A stretch of 64,000 bases of DNA from Tubiluchus corallicola (taxonomy: Eukaryota > Animalia > Priapulida), in contig JAQGDQ010002390.1 in assembly GCA_030141605.1 (NCBI GenBank), positions 88,945-152,944 on the forward strand, written 5' to 3'. The first letter of the stretch is position 1. Every line of letters begins with the position of its first letter. Position numbers and translations under genes: made by a program. Of the stretch, positions 49,946-62,471 are shown piece by piece. The notes below the pieces were generated by a model. It did no database searches and was not told where the DNA came from. It saw only the letters and a list, made by a program, of their open reading frames with translations.

Positions 49946-51532
49946 TTACTTCTCCTCATATGTTGTTGATTTGTTTGTACTATTTTCAGTGATAGAATAT
50001 CCTAAAAAGACTAAACCCATAACTAGATACGTAGCGACAATAGTGGGATTTTCCATAAACCCAACACTTTGCGCGTGAATAAGACCTATCGCCGCCAAAA
50101 AAGCTCCGGCAAGAACAGATACCCCAACAGCGCGCCATTGATTGTCAATGATATAGCATGTGATTGTACCCAGCAGAACGGCTGAGAACATAGCGCCAGA
50201 AGCAATGGTCGCATAAGCCGGCGAAACACCCGCATTGGTAAAAATATCAGCACTCACCTGAACACTATAAATATCAATATCTCCGGTATTAACCCCCTGG
50301 GTATTCATAAAGTCTATCAATGCGTTTTTACCCGCTTTGGTCGCATTGACTATTTTTTGATTTATTAACTCATAAATAGGAAAGCATAAAGCCAAGCCAA
50401 GAGCTGGATAATGCCTCTTTGGCGATACCTCAAAAGCCTGCGCTGTCGAAAGTAAAGCAATAAAAATAAGAAGCGGATAAGTCGCCTCAACAGGAATAAT
50501 AGAGACCAATAACGCCGAAAGACCAGTAATACATAAAAATAGATGAAAGACACCCGTCATTAATGGATAGGACGTGGTAGCGCCCACTTTCTTCCAGCCT
50601 GGATGCCCCCAATACAACGCAATAGCAAAAGGATTGCCAAAGAGCGAATTGATAATATTGATAACGCCAACACCCATGATCATATGCCGTGGCGAATAGG
50701 ATTCACCTGACGCCTCGGCTTGCTCCAGCGCCTGAATAGACGCAACCACATCACCAAAAGTAAAGGTTACAATCACCGCCAAAAATGGCAATGCCGCCTG
50801 AAAACACTCCCCAAGTAAAGCCAGTTGAAAAAATGGAAGAAAAAAACCGACCTCATCAAGTGAGTTGCGAACAGCGGCCACTTCCATATTGCCAGTTGAC
50901 CACGCAATAACACTACCAATACCAACAATCAAAATAGCAGTGGGAAAACGGGATTGAACATTACCAAAGTAAAACACAAAGGCCGTAACCATCGTTGGCA
51001 AAAGCACAACAAACTTTACAAAACCATCCGCAACAGGGCTAAGAACAAGCCAAGTCAGCGCACCCCCAGCAAGAGCGCCAAACAACGCACCTTTAGGAAT
51101 ATATTTTAAAATATAAGGCGTTAAAAAACCACAAATAATAAAAATTAACCCGCCAATAATATTCGCGCCAATACCAGCTTTCCAAGCATGCATGAAATCA
51201 CCACCGGAAGCAAAATACGCAGGAAGCATCACCGCAAATAGATAAACAAAAAATCGTCCAGCCCCTAAACCGCCAGGAAGCGCCGTAACATCAGGATTAT
51301 TTGTTTTCTTCGCCAATTGACGCGCCATATAAACTAAGAAACCAGTCCATATCAAATCCCCTAAACCAATGGCTGGAATAAGCTGGCCGAATAAAATATC
51401 ATTTGGCATATGCATCACGCCAGCAAGAACCGCAACACCAACCAATATTTTTACAAAACTGTCAAAAAACACACCAATAGATGCATCCCAATCTCCTTTT
51501 CTCCATAAAGGAATTTTTATTGCTTCATTCAT
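49946..51532 (-). CDS. xanthine/uracil/vitamin C (NCS2/AzgA-like) permease B
   Basis: More than 12 hydrophobic segments, W.KGD.DA..G.F.D, VTALP.G, A..SG..Y, YWGHPGWK..GA, AQAF. Confidence 0.75.
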   Translation of the reverse strand: MNEAIKIPLWRKGDWDASIGVFFDSFVKILVGVAVLAGVMHMPNDILFGQLIPAIGLGDLIWTGFLVYMARQLAKKTNNPDVTALPGGLGAGRFFVYLFAVMLPAYFASGGDFMHAWKAGIGANIIGGLIFIICGFLTPYILKYIPKGALFGALAGGALTWLVLSPVADGFVKFVVLLPTMVTAFVFYFGNVQSRFPTAILIVGIGSVIAWSTGNMEVAAVRNSLDEVGFFLPFFQLALLGECFQAALPFLAVIVTFTFGDVVASIQALEQAEASGESYSPRHMIMGVGVINIINSLFGNPFAIALYWGHPGWKKVGATTSYPLMTGVFHLFLCITGLSALLVSIIPVEATYPLLIFIALLSTAQAFEVSPKRHYPALGLALCFPIYELINQKIVNATKAGKNALIDFMNTQGVNTGDIDIYSVQVSADIFTNAGVSPAYATIASGAMFSAVLLGTITCYIIDNQWRAVGVSVLAGAFLAAIGLIHAQSVGFMENPTIVATYLVMGLVFLGYSITENSTNKSTTYEEK

Positions 51533-53100
51533 TGAACGTCTCCCTCTGTAATCTCCTTTAATTCGGCTGTTATATGTTCTATGTAGTTTTTTCTATGATT
51601 TATATGCAACGCAAAACAGATAAGCGCCAGCATCGCATAAATGGGCATAAAAGAATTTGACAACGGGTTTTGCAATGCTAATTTTGGCGCGTGTATAAGA
51701 CCCACAAACGCAAATAACGCAGCGATAACACTTGTAATGGACGCATGTACATATTTTTGCGCAATAACAAAAGCCAGCAAAGACGCTAAAATTAAACTGG
51801 ATAAAAAACCACCCTGAGATAATACATAGATACCCTGAAGAGAAGCGTGTTGATATTCCAATTCAAACAAGAGCGATTTTATATCACGCTGCAGAGGCGC
51901 TAATACAGTATCCAATATATTATGAATAAATTGTATCGTCACGGGAACAAAAGAAAGGTAAATCACAGGATAATATTTCCTATCACTTGCCTCAAAAGCC
52001 TGCGCCGCTGTAATAAAACCTATTGTAATAAGAAAAATGACCGCGATATAATAAGGGATAATCGTGCCAATAAGCATAGGCAACCCAAAAAATAACGATA
52101 CATAAGCAACCGCCGTCAAAACAAGATAACCCGATCTGGCACCAATATGCTTCCAGCCAGGATGCCCCCAATAAATAGTACAAGGAAAAGGACTGCCAAA
52201 ACTCGACCCCAATATGGTACAGGCGCCATCCATAAAAAGAGAAGACGACGCCGGATATTTATCTCCCGCCACTTCAGCGCTTTTAAGCGACTGCAATGTG
52301 GAAACAATATTGGCTATCTGCAACGGTATAACAATATGAAGATAATCCCAGACATACGTAAATCCCGCCAACACATCATGAACAGCAAGCTCAGGAGGGT
52401 AAAACTTCATATATGCCGCTGATTCTGTGATTTTTTGAAAATATAACGCATCGTTATACCATGTAAGAAGCACACCTATTAAAACAGCAATCAAACCAAT
52501 CGGCACACGAACATGTCTGAAATTTCCAAAAATAAAAAATAGAACAATAAATAACGGCAAAACAGCTTCAGCCGGATGATTGAAAACAATAATACACCCT
52601 TGAAGACCCAACCAAATAAAAGAACCAGCAGCCATGTTTCCCAACAATGCCGAAGACGGAATAATACGTAGTATAAACTTTCCCCAAAAAACAGCGCTTG
52701 CCTGAAAAATACCACCCAGAAAACAGGCGGCAATACCAATTTGCCACGCTAACAAAGCATCTTTCGTGCTTTGGTAAACAGGGAGAATGATCAAAAATAA
52801 CCAACCAAAAGACTGCGTGGCCCCAAGACCAAAAGGCTGCGCCGTCACATTGGTATCCTGCTTTTGGTAAGCCAGCTTGAACGCGGCAAAAATATACCAA
52901 AATAAACCCAATAAAACAGATAACCCTATCGCCGGCAAAATTCGCCCCAGTGTAATATCAACAGGAAGCTTAATAACAAACAGTAACGTCGCTGTTATAG
53001 CCAGTATTTTTGAAAAACCATCAAATAATAGACCTAAAAAAGCATCAGCATCCCGCCGTGTTATCCACTGATATGAAAAATTGCCATGAGCCATTTTCAT
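51529..53100 (-). CDS. xanthine/uracil/vitamin C (NCS2/AzgA-like) permease A
   Basis: Paralog of B with the same motifs (D.DAFLGL.FD, VTAQPFG, AEVAGD.Y, YWGHPGWK, AQAF). GGAG RBS; ATGA overlap with B. Confidence 0.75.
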   Translation of the reverse strand: MKMAHGNFSYQWITRRDADAFLGLLFDGFSKILAITATLLFVIKLPVDITLGRILPAIGLSVLLGLFWYIFAAFKLAYQKQDTNVTAQPFGLGATQSFGWLFLIILPVYQSTKDALLAWQIGIAACFLGGIFQASAVFWGKFILRIIPSSALLGNMAAGSFIWLGLQGCIIVFNHPAEAVLPLFIVLFFIFGNFRHVRVPIGLIAVLIGVLLTWYNDALYFQKITESAAYMKFYPPELAVHDVLAGFTYVWDYLHIVIPLQIANIVSTLQSLKSAEVAGDKYPASSSLFMDGACTILGSSFGSPFPCTIYWGHPGWKHIGARSGYLVLTAVAYVSLFFGLPMLIGTIIPYYIAVIFLITIGFITAAQAFEASDRKYYPVIYLSFVPVTIQFIHNILDTVLAPLQRDIKSLLFELEYQHASLQGIYVLSQGGFLSSLILASLLAFVIAQKYVHASITSVIAALFAFVGLIHAPKLALQNPLSNSFMPIYAMLALICFALHINHRKNYIEHITAELKEITEGDVQ

Positions 53101-53229
53101 TGATTACTCCACTACAGGAACGCAATCGTATTTTTATCTGAATAAATGAGAAGAAACATCTCCATCACATATCCCCCCTTTAAGCAACATAATTATCTTT
53201 AATATATCTTTCTTAAATGTGCTCACTAT

Positions 53230-53258
53230 ATTGTATATACAAATTTAACAGGCGTCAA
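53230..53258 (-). promoter_or_regulatory. sigma70 promoter of the catabolic operon
   Basis: The minus strand reads TTGACG-17nt-TACAAT, about 130 bp upstream of permease A. Confidence 0.75.
53231..53242. promoter_or_regulatory. putative GntR/HutC operator
   Basis: Perfect palindrome TTGTATATACAA overlapping the -10 box; fits the GT-N-TA-N-AC core of HutC-subfamily operators. Confidence 0.7.
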
Positions 53259-53901
53259 TAATTTTATTTCTATCTTATATTTTTTATACAAAGCCTATTA
53301 AATATTTAAAAACAAGCAAAAAAACATACGGCCGTACATCCGCATATAAGAATATATATATACAATTTTAAAACAGAAAAGATCCTCCTTGCCATTAAAG
53401 GGCATGTATTTCAGAATCGCACCCATATCGCAAAAAAAAACACAACGCTCTATAGCGCAACGGAATAGACACGTCGCTCACGCGCCTATCCTCACTCCCT
53501 GACGCAAGAGCAAAACGCGCGCAAACGGCTTGATTTAAGCGTCTCTAAAACAGCGCGAGCAGATAATATGGATTTGTTGAATGAAATCAAGGATTTTAAA
53601 CAAAGAGCAGATACACTCAATCTTTCAGAAATGAAAGAAGAGTTTTAGCCCATAGCACAGAAGAGAAAGAAAATATTTAAGAGATATTACCACAATTACA
53701 ATGATATAAGATTTCCCCAACCATACAGACATATTTCCTATAAGCGAGATTATCAAAAAATCCCCCCATTAACCCCCTCTCTAAAGCCCATTGCAATCAA
53801 TAATATAAAAATGTTATAGAAATAGTTGCGTAAAAAACAAAAAAACAGTAAAACTATATTTTAAGAATAAACTTTAGACTTTTTTTAAGGTAAAGATCGT
53901 T

Positions 53902-54216
53902 ATGGAAACAACTCTTCTTGTTATACACTTACTTATCGCGATATTTATGATTGCCTCTATCCTCCTGCAACGGAGCGAAAACAGCGGTTTTACAAGCAGT
54001 ATGGGAAGCCTCATGACAGGCCGCTCCGCCGCAAACGCTCTTACACGCATAACCTCTATCCTAGCCATATGTTTCTTCCTGACGAGTATTGTTCTAGCCA
54101 TTTTAGCAGGCGGATCCTTAGGCACCCGCTCTATCGTTGACGCGCTAGACGGGCAAAGTATCCCACAAACTATGCCGCAAGAGCCAACCATTCCTTCTGT
54201 ACCTTCTCAGAATTAA
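53902..54216 (+). CDS. secG: preprotein translocase subunit SecG
   Basis: ILLQRSE, GRSAANALTRIT..LA..F; upstream of pyrG. Confidence 0.93.
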   Translation: METTLLVIHLLIAIFMIASILLQRSENSGFTSSMGSLMTGRSAANALTRITSILAICFFLTSIVLAILAGGSLGTRSIVDALDGQSIPQTMPQEPTIPSVPSQN

Positions 54217-54315
54217 CCCTAGAATAATTTACAGTTTACTAAAACAGCTATGATAAAAATCACTTGTAATTCATATACTATTGGTTGTATACACTTATAC
54301 TTTCTTCACTCATTC

Positions 54316-54339
54316 AAGGCGGCTCTACCGCCTTTTTTT
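54316..54339 (+). terminator. intrinsic terminator/possible attenuator before pyrG
   Basis: AAGGCGG-CTCTA-CCGCC followed by T7. Confidence 0.75.
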
Positions 54340-54361
54340 ATGCTCTATATTTAACGATTAA

Positions 54362-56002
<1,641 letters not shown>

Positions 56003-56019
56003 ATCTAAGGATCCTACTC

Positions 56020-56877
56020 ATGCCTACTACACAAAAACATATCTACCTCAACCAACATGTGACAATCGGCAATGACCTTCCTTTGGCTCTTATCGCCGGC
56101 CCTTGCACTATGGAAAGCCATGAACACGCTCTAGAAACCGCGGAGATTCTAGACAAGATCGCCAAGCAATTTTCCTGCCCCCTCATCTATAAATCTTCCT
56201 TCGATAAAGCCAATCGCACAAGCGCCGGAAGCCAAAGAGGCATAGGAATGAAAAAGGCACTGAATATCTTTACCGATATCAAAGAAAAATTTAACCTACC
56301 TGTCATTACAGACATTCACGAAAATTGGCAATGCGAACCCGTCGCGGAAATCGTTGATATCCTCCAGATCCCCGCCTTCCTATGCCGCCAAACAGACCTC
56401 TTGACCGCCGCGGGAAAAACAAAACGCCCCGTCAATATAAAAAAAGGGCAGTTCCTAGCCCCCTGGGATATGAAAAATATTATCGATAAAATGACACGAG
56501 TCGGAAATCATAACATTCTACTGTGTGAACGCGGAAGCTCCTTTGGCTACAACACCTTAATCAGCGACATGCGCTCAATCCCAATTATGGCCAAAAGCGG
56601 ATACCCCGTCGTCTTTGACGCAACACACTCTGTACAAGAGCCCGGCGGGCAAGGAAGCTCTTCCGGCGGAAATAGAGAATTCGCCCCTATCCTAGCGCGC
56701 GCCGCAACCGCGATCGGAATCGCCGCCCTCTTCATTGAAACACATAATGATCCCGACCAGGCGCCAAGCGATGGCCTCAATATGATCCCTCTTGAAAAAC
56801 TACCTTCTATCTTGAAGATGATAGTGTCATTTGATACATTAGCTAAACAATATCCAACAACATCTAATCCTCTATAA
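56020..56877 (+). CDS. kdsA: KDO-8-phosphate synthase
   Basis: AGPC, KSSFDKANRTS, IPAFLCRQTD, KKGQF, DATHSVQ. Confidence 0.97.
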   Translation: MPTTQKHIYLNQHVTIGNDLPLALIAGPCTMESHEHALETAEILDKIAKQFSCPLIYKSSFDKANRTSAGSQRGIGMKKALNIFTDIKEKFNLPVITDIHENWQCEPVAEIVDILQIPAFLCRQTDLLTAAGKTKRPVNIKKGQFLAPWDMKNIIDKMTRVGNHNILLCERGSSFGYNTLISDMRSIPIMAKSGYPVVFDATHSVQEPGGQGSSSGGNREFAPILARAATAIGIAALFIETHNDPDQAPSDGLNMIPLEKLPSILKMIVSFDTLAKQYPTTSNPL

Positions 56878-56946
56878 GGAAGAGATACTCTGACAAACGG
56901 ATATGCCTAAATACTTAAACTATTTAACAAACCATAAACAGTATGA

Positions 56947-58245
<1,299 letters not shown>

Positions 58246-58269
58246 TATTGTCTCAAGAAAGACCCATTT

Positions 58270-58307
58270 AAAAAAACAGAGAGATCGCGTTATCTCTCTG
58301 TTTTTTT
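58270..58307. terminator. bidirectional terminator
   Basis: AAAAAAACAGAGAGAT-CGCGTT-ATCTCTCTGTTTTTTT between convergent eno and ispE. Confidence 0.85.
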
Positions 58308-59277
58308 ATTCTCTGTAAAAAGACGCCACCTTTATCCACCAGCGCGGATAACGGGCTCTTAAAGCATCCGCGACAGATAACGCGTCTCGCCGACTTTTAA
58401 AAATCCCAAAACATGTCGAACCACTTCCCGACATACGAGCGAGACAAGTCTCCGGAAAAGAGCGCAACGCGTCAATAACTTCCATAATAGAACCCGGCGC
58501 GACTTGCTGGCAAGCCGCTTCCCATAAGTCATTACGGCACAAAGCAAGCTCCCTGATAAAATCATCCGTATCCTGAAAAGAAACAACAGGCCGAGACGAA
58601 ATACACAAGGAATCCTCCCGCCGCAATGCAGCAAACGCCTTAAAAACCGCTTTCGTCGAAACAGAAAAACCAGGATTGACAAGAAGAAACCATAACGGTG
58701 GAAGAGCAGGAGCAAACGTCAACTTCTCACCGATACCGGACATAAATGCCGCGCGCGCATAAAAACATACCGGCACATCCGCCCCCAGCTGAAGCGCCAA
58801 GCGCATAATCTCCTCTTCCGTAAGAGGAAATTCCCCCTCGTTGCTTTTTGGAAACCAAAGCGCCAACAAACCTCTGAAGACAGCAGCGGCATCAGCAGAT
58901 CCTCCCCCAATTCCCGCCTCAACCGGTAAAAATTTCTCAAGCGTCATAGAAACACCGCAAGGAGAAAATGTGCCTTTCCCTTGCTTTTTCTGAAGATAAT
59001 CCCGCAAAACACTCGCCGCGCGTACAACAAGATTGCTGTCCTTATAAGGCGATAATAACGACGCGTATGGGCCGGAAATATCAAAAGATAAATCCCCTCC
59101 CTTTTGTGGAATTAAGTGAATATCATCCCCACAGGAAAGAAAAACAACAAGACTCTCCAGCTCATGATAACCGTCAGAACGCCGCCCCTTAATATGAAGA
59201 TACAAGTTTATCTTCGCAGGCGCCTTAAGCGAAATTCCATCACTTAAACACATCATCCCTAGCCGCTTTTGAGCCAA
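58306..59277 (-). CDS. ispE: 4-diphosphocytidyl-2-C-methyl-D-erythritol kinase
   Basis: APAKINLYL, GYHELES, AGIGGGSADAA, LGADVP, MSGSGS; exact start uncertain. Confidence 0.96.
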   Translation of the reverse strand: MAQKRLGMMCLSDGISLKAPAKINLYLHIKGRRSDGYHELESLVVFLSCGDDIHLIPQKGGDLSFDISGPYASLLSPYKDSNLVVRAASVLRDYLQKKQGKGTFSPCGVSMTLEKFLPVEAGIGGGSADAAAVFRGLLALWFPKSNEGEFPLTEEEIMRLALQLGADVPVCFYARAAFMSGIGEKLTFAPALPPLWFLLVNPGFSVSTKAVFKAFAALRREDSLCISSRPVVSFQDTDDFIRELALCRNDLWEAACQQVAPGSIMEVIDALRSFPETCLARMSGSGSTCFGIFKSRRDALSVADALRARYPRWWIKVASFYRE

Positions 59278-61063
59278 AATCTCTTTCCTCTAGATACTCT
59301 TCCTTCTTCCGCTTTATTTTCTCTTCCACCTTCGTTTTCAATTGCTCTTCCGGCGATAATGTCAAAACACGCTCCCACTGATAAACCGCTTCTCTGAAAC
59401 GCCCCACATGCCAATAAACATCCCCAAGATGATCATTAATCTCAGCTTCCTCCGGACGCAAAAGAATCGCCTCCTCTAAACGCTGTATCGCACAGTCTAT
59501 ATCCCCCTGTAAAAAACAAACCCACCCTAAACTATCTAAAATATATCCATCCTTTGGCCTCAGCTCCACGGCTTTTTCTATCAGCTCGCGCGCATAGGAT
59601 ACATTTTGATTTCTCTCTATCCATGAATAACCCAGATAATTCAAAAGATATGCCTGATTATCATCCAAAAGCAACGCCCTGGTTAAATCTCTCTCTGCCT
59701 CTCTCCATCTTCCCAAACGCTCATACCCTACGCCACGAGCAAAAAGAAAAGACCAACTATCCTCCAATGTTGAATCTAACATTAAAGCATGACTATAAGC
59801 CTTTACAGCCCCCTCATAATCCTCATGCCTACTTAGAAAGTCACCCTTAAAAACATAAAAATCAGACTGCTTTTTATCCCTCTCCAAAACCTCGTCAATA
59901 GCCGCAATACTCTCTTCTATATGCCCTAACGAAGCAAGATTCTCCGCTATAAACAAACGAGAGATATTATAAAGACCACTGTCCTTGGGTATGCGCTTCC
60001 AGCTTTTCAAAGCACGCAAATAATTATCCTGCTGCTCAAAAATATTCGCATTGAAAATAGTGGCCTCCCATAAAAAAGGCGATAAATATTCCGCTATATG
60101 GCCCATAACACTCAGATTTTTTTGGGTTTTTTGAAATCGAAAAATCTGAGCCATCTCATAAAATAAAATCGCAAGCCCATCCTTCGGCGTTTGTAACAAT
60201 GTCGGTCGAGTGAAGGATTGAAGATCCTCAATGATCACTGTCGCAATACGACTCTTGTCAAAAAACACCTCAATCCTATCTAAGAAATTCAACGCGGCCC
60301 TTTTTCCCTGCGTTCGAGTGATAAATTGAAAATGAGCTGTTATAAGAGGCCAGGAAAATATATGCCCCTGATTTAACAACTCCTCAACCTTCTCGTAGGA
60401 CTCCCAGGCCTCCTTGTCCTGACCGTCCACATCATAAAGCAAAGCTTGCTGCTCATGATAATGAAAAGGAGAAAGCGTATCCTGTATAGAGTTCAGCAGT
60501 AGTGTCGCCTTTTGCCGCTCACCCATCCCAACATACGCCCACGCTGATATAAGATTCGTTAAAATATCCGGCGGCGCCCTCTTTTTAAAATCATCCAATA
60601 AAAATAAAACTTTCTCATACTTTCCCTGAGAAAACGCAAAACCAACTAATATTAAAAACGCGTTATAATTATTATTATCCTGATAATAAAGAATTTCCGC
60701 TATCGTATTTAAATCCTCAAAAGAAAAATGCCCAATACCTAAAGATAAGGCCATCAGCAAAACCCACTCATCAACTTCGCCGTTATTAATCGCCTCTATT
60801 GTAAGCGTTAACGCTGTATCGTGATCCTGTACAGAATCAGCATGATAAATCGCCAGCCATTGACCAAAACCTATACTATTTTGCATGAGATTCTCTTTTA
60901 AATTCTGAGGATCGATCGTCAATACATTTTCTTTATTCCGTGAAAATCCCCTGTCAACCGTCAATAGCCAAAATATAAAGCAAACCGATACAAACACAAT
61001 AAAAGATTTGCAATAATAGACTGGTTTCTTCCTTAGATATAAGGTCTCTGTTTGTGCCATCAC
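59240..61063 (-). CDS. tetratricopeptide repeat protein
   Basis: LNYLGYSW, YILDSLGW, EINDHLGDVYW..GR.REA..QW; typical gene upstream of ispE. Confidence 0.9.
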   Translation of the reverse strand: MMAQTETLYLRKKPVYYCKSFIVFVSVCFIFWLLTVDRGFSRNKENVLTIDPQNLKENLMQNSIGFGQWLAIYHADSVQDHDTALTLTIEAINNGEVDEWVLLMALSLGIGHFSFEDLNTIAEILYYQDNNNYNAFLILVGFAFSQGKYEKVLFLLDDFKKRAPPDILTNLISAWAYVGMGERQKATLLLNSIQDTLSPFHYHEQQALLYDVDGQDKEAWESYEKVEELLNQGHIFSWPLITAHFQFITRTQGKRAALNFLDRIEVFFDKSRIATVIIEDLQSFTRPTLLQTPKDGLAILFYEMAQIFRFQKTQKNLSVMGHIAEYLSPFLWEATIFNANIFEQQDNYLRALKSWKRIPKDSGLYNISRLFIAENLASLGHIEESIAAIDEVLERDKKQSDFYVFKGDFLSRHEDYEGAVKAYSHALMLDSTLEDSWSFLFARGVGYERLGRWREAERDLTRALLLDDNQAYLLNYLGYSWIERNQNVSYARELIEKAVELRPKDGYILDSLGWVCFLQGDIDCAIQRLEEAILLRPEEAEINDHLGDVYWHVGRFREAVYQWERVLTLSPEEQLKTKVEEKIKRKKEEYLEERDFGSKAARDDVFK

Positions 61064-61250
61064 ATTTTCCTTTTTAAATCCGATCCGGTCAGCGAACCCC
61101 GCACTCGTAATAATTTTCTCCTTACCTCATTAAATCTAACCATACAATAACATACTCAAATCATAAATATATATTATTTACTTCTCAATAAAAATAATAT
61201 AAAAATATCTATAGGTTATATTTCATTAAAGCGAAAGTTTTTTAACCACA

Positions 61251-62210
61251 GTGCTTACCATAAACAAGAAAAGAAAAATCGCAACCCTGTTGCGTTGGCA
61301 TATAGACTGCGGCGTTGAGGACATTATTGGCACAGCGCCCGTTAATCGTCTCTCCTCCTCGCTATCCTTATCTTCTCCGTCTCCACACGATGAAAAACAG
61401 CAGACTTCCTCCAGTGCCCCTTCCGCTCATCACCCCGCGCCAACGGCACCAAAAAAACAGAAAAAAATTCACCCCGCACCAGCCGACCCCACCGATCACC
61501 ATAATATCACGGCCCCAAAAACCAAACCTTCGATCGATCCGATAAACTCACCACCGCTTAATATGAGCAGCGCAGAAATCATCTCTAACGCAGCCACCCT
61601 AGCCACCGCCGCAACAACAGTTGACGAATTACAAAAACAATTACAACAATTCGAAGGATGCCCCCTTAAAAAAACAGCGACAAACCTTGTGTTTGGACGA
61701 GGAGCCCCTCACGCTAAAATTATGTTTATCGGAGAAGCACCCGGCGCTGAAGAAGATCGAACCGCTGTCCCTTTCTGCGGCCCCAGCGGAAAACTACTCG
61801 ATAAAATTATAGACGCCGCAGGCCTCCCCTCCGATCAGATTTATATTTCCAATACCATTTTCTGGAGACCCCCAGGAAACCGAACACCAACCCTGCAGGA
61901 AGTCGCTGTATGCGCCCCTTTTGTTGAACGGCTAATTACACTTGTGCAGCCTAAGATTCTCGTCGCCCTTGGCGGTGCCGCCGCCCGCTCCCTTCTTGAT
62001 ACAAAAGTCGGCATCAGCCAACTGAGAAAACAATGGTTTATATGGAAAAACGGCCAACATATCCCCCCTACACTCTCAACAGACTCCCTTGAAATTCCAT
62101 CGCGCGCCATGTTCCATCCCGCCTACCTTCTGCGTTCCCCTATACAGAAGCAAGGCGCGTGGCAGGACATACTCGCAATTAAACATAAATTACAAACATT
62201 AGAGGCATAA
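61251..62210 (+). CDS. uracil-DNA glycosylase family 4
   Basis: IGEAPGAEED, PF.G.SG.LLD, RPPGNRTP, HPAYLLR; Pro-rich linker. Confidence 0.93.
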   Translation: MLTINKKRKIATLLRWHIDCGVEDIIGTAPVNRLSSSLSLSSPSPHDEKQQTSSSAPSAHHPAPTAPKKQKKIHPAPADPTDHHNITAPKTKPSIDPINSPPLNMSSAEIISNAATLATAATTVDELQKQLQQFEGCPLKKTATNLVFGRGAPHAKIMFIGEAPGAEEDRTAVPFCGPSGKLLDKIIDAAGLPSDQIYISNTIFWRPPGNRTPTLQEVAVCAPFVERLITLVQPKILVALGGAAARSLLDTKVGISQLRKQWFIWKNGQHIPPTLSTDSLEIPSRAMFHPAYLLRSPIQKQGAWQDILAIKHKLQTLEA

Positions 62211-62471
62211 ACTTAACTTTAACGCCGGAATTCTTTTATCCCAGTTGAAATCTGTAAAATTATTACCCCGTTATAGTTGATGCTTTTTTCTATTCCTGAT
62301 ATACTACTTTTTTTATTTCTGATATATTATCTTTTTTATTCTTAATATGTGTAAAACTCACACATAAACCTATATAAAATACACACATATTTAGTTTAAA
62401 ACTAACATCAACAGATACTGTCTATCCATAGATTACACTGAACAACAAAATTCTAGAGAGGAAATAACATA

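Noticed and set aside
42696-53120. 9 bp direct repeat CTACAGGAA at 42696-42704 and 53112-53120, flanking the catabolic genes
   Set aside because: Short enough to arise by chance. The operon's promoter/operator lies outside it, and there is no transposase or integrase, so it is not called a target-site duplication.
61251-62210. Family 4 UDG lacking some 4Fe-4S cysteines (FEGC, FWRPP)
   Set aside because: To my knowledge this is the common alphaproteobacterial variant, not a novelty.
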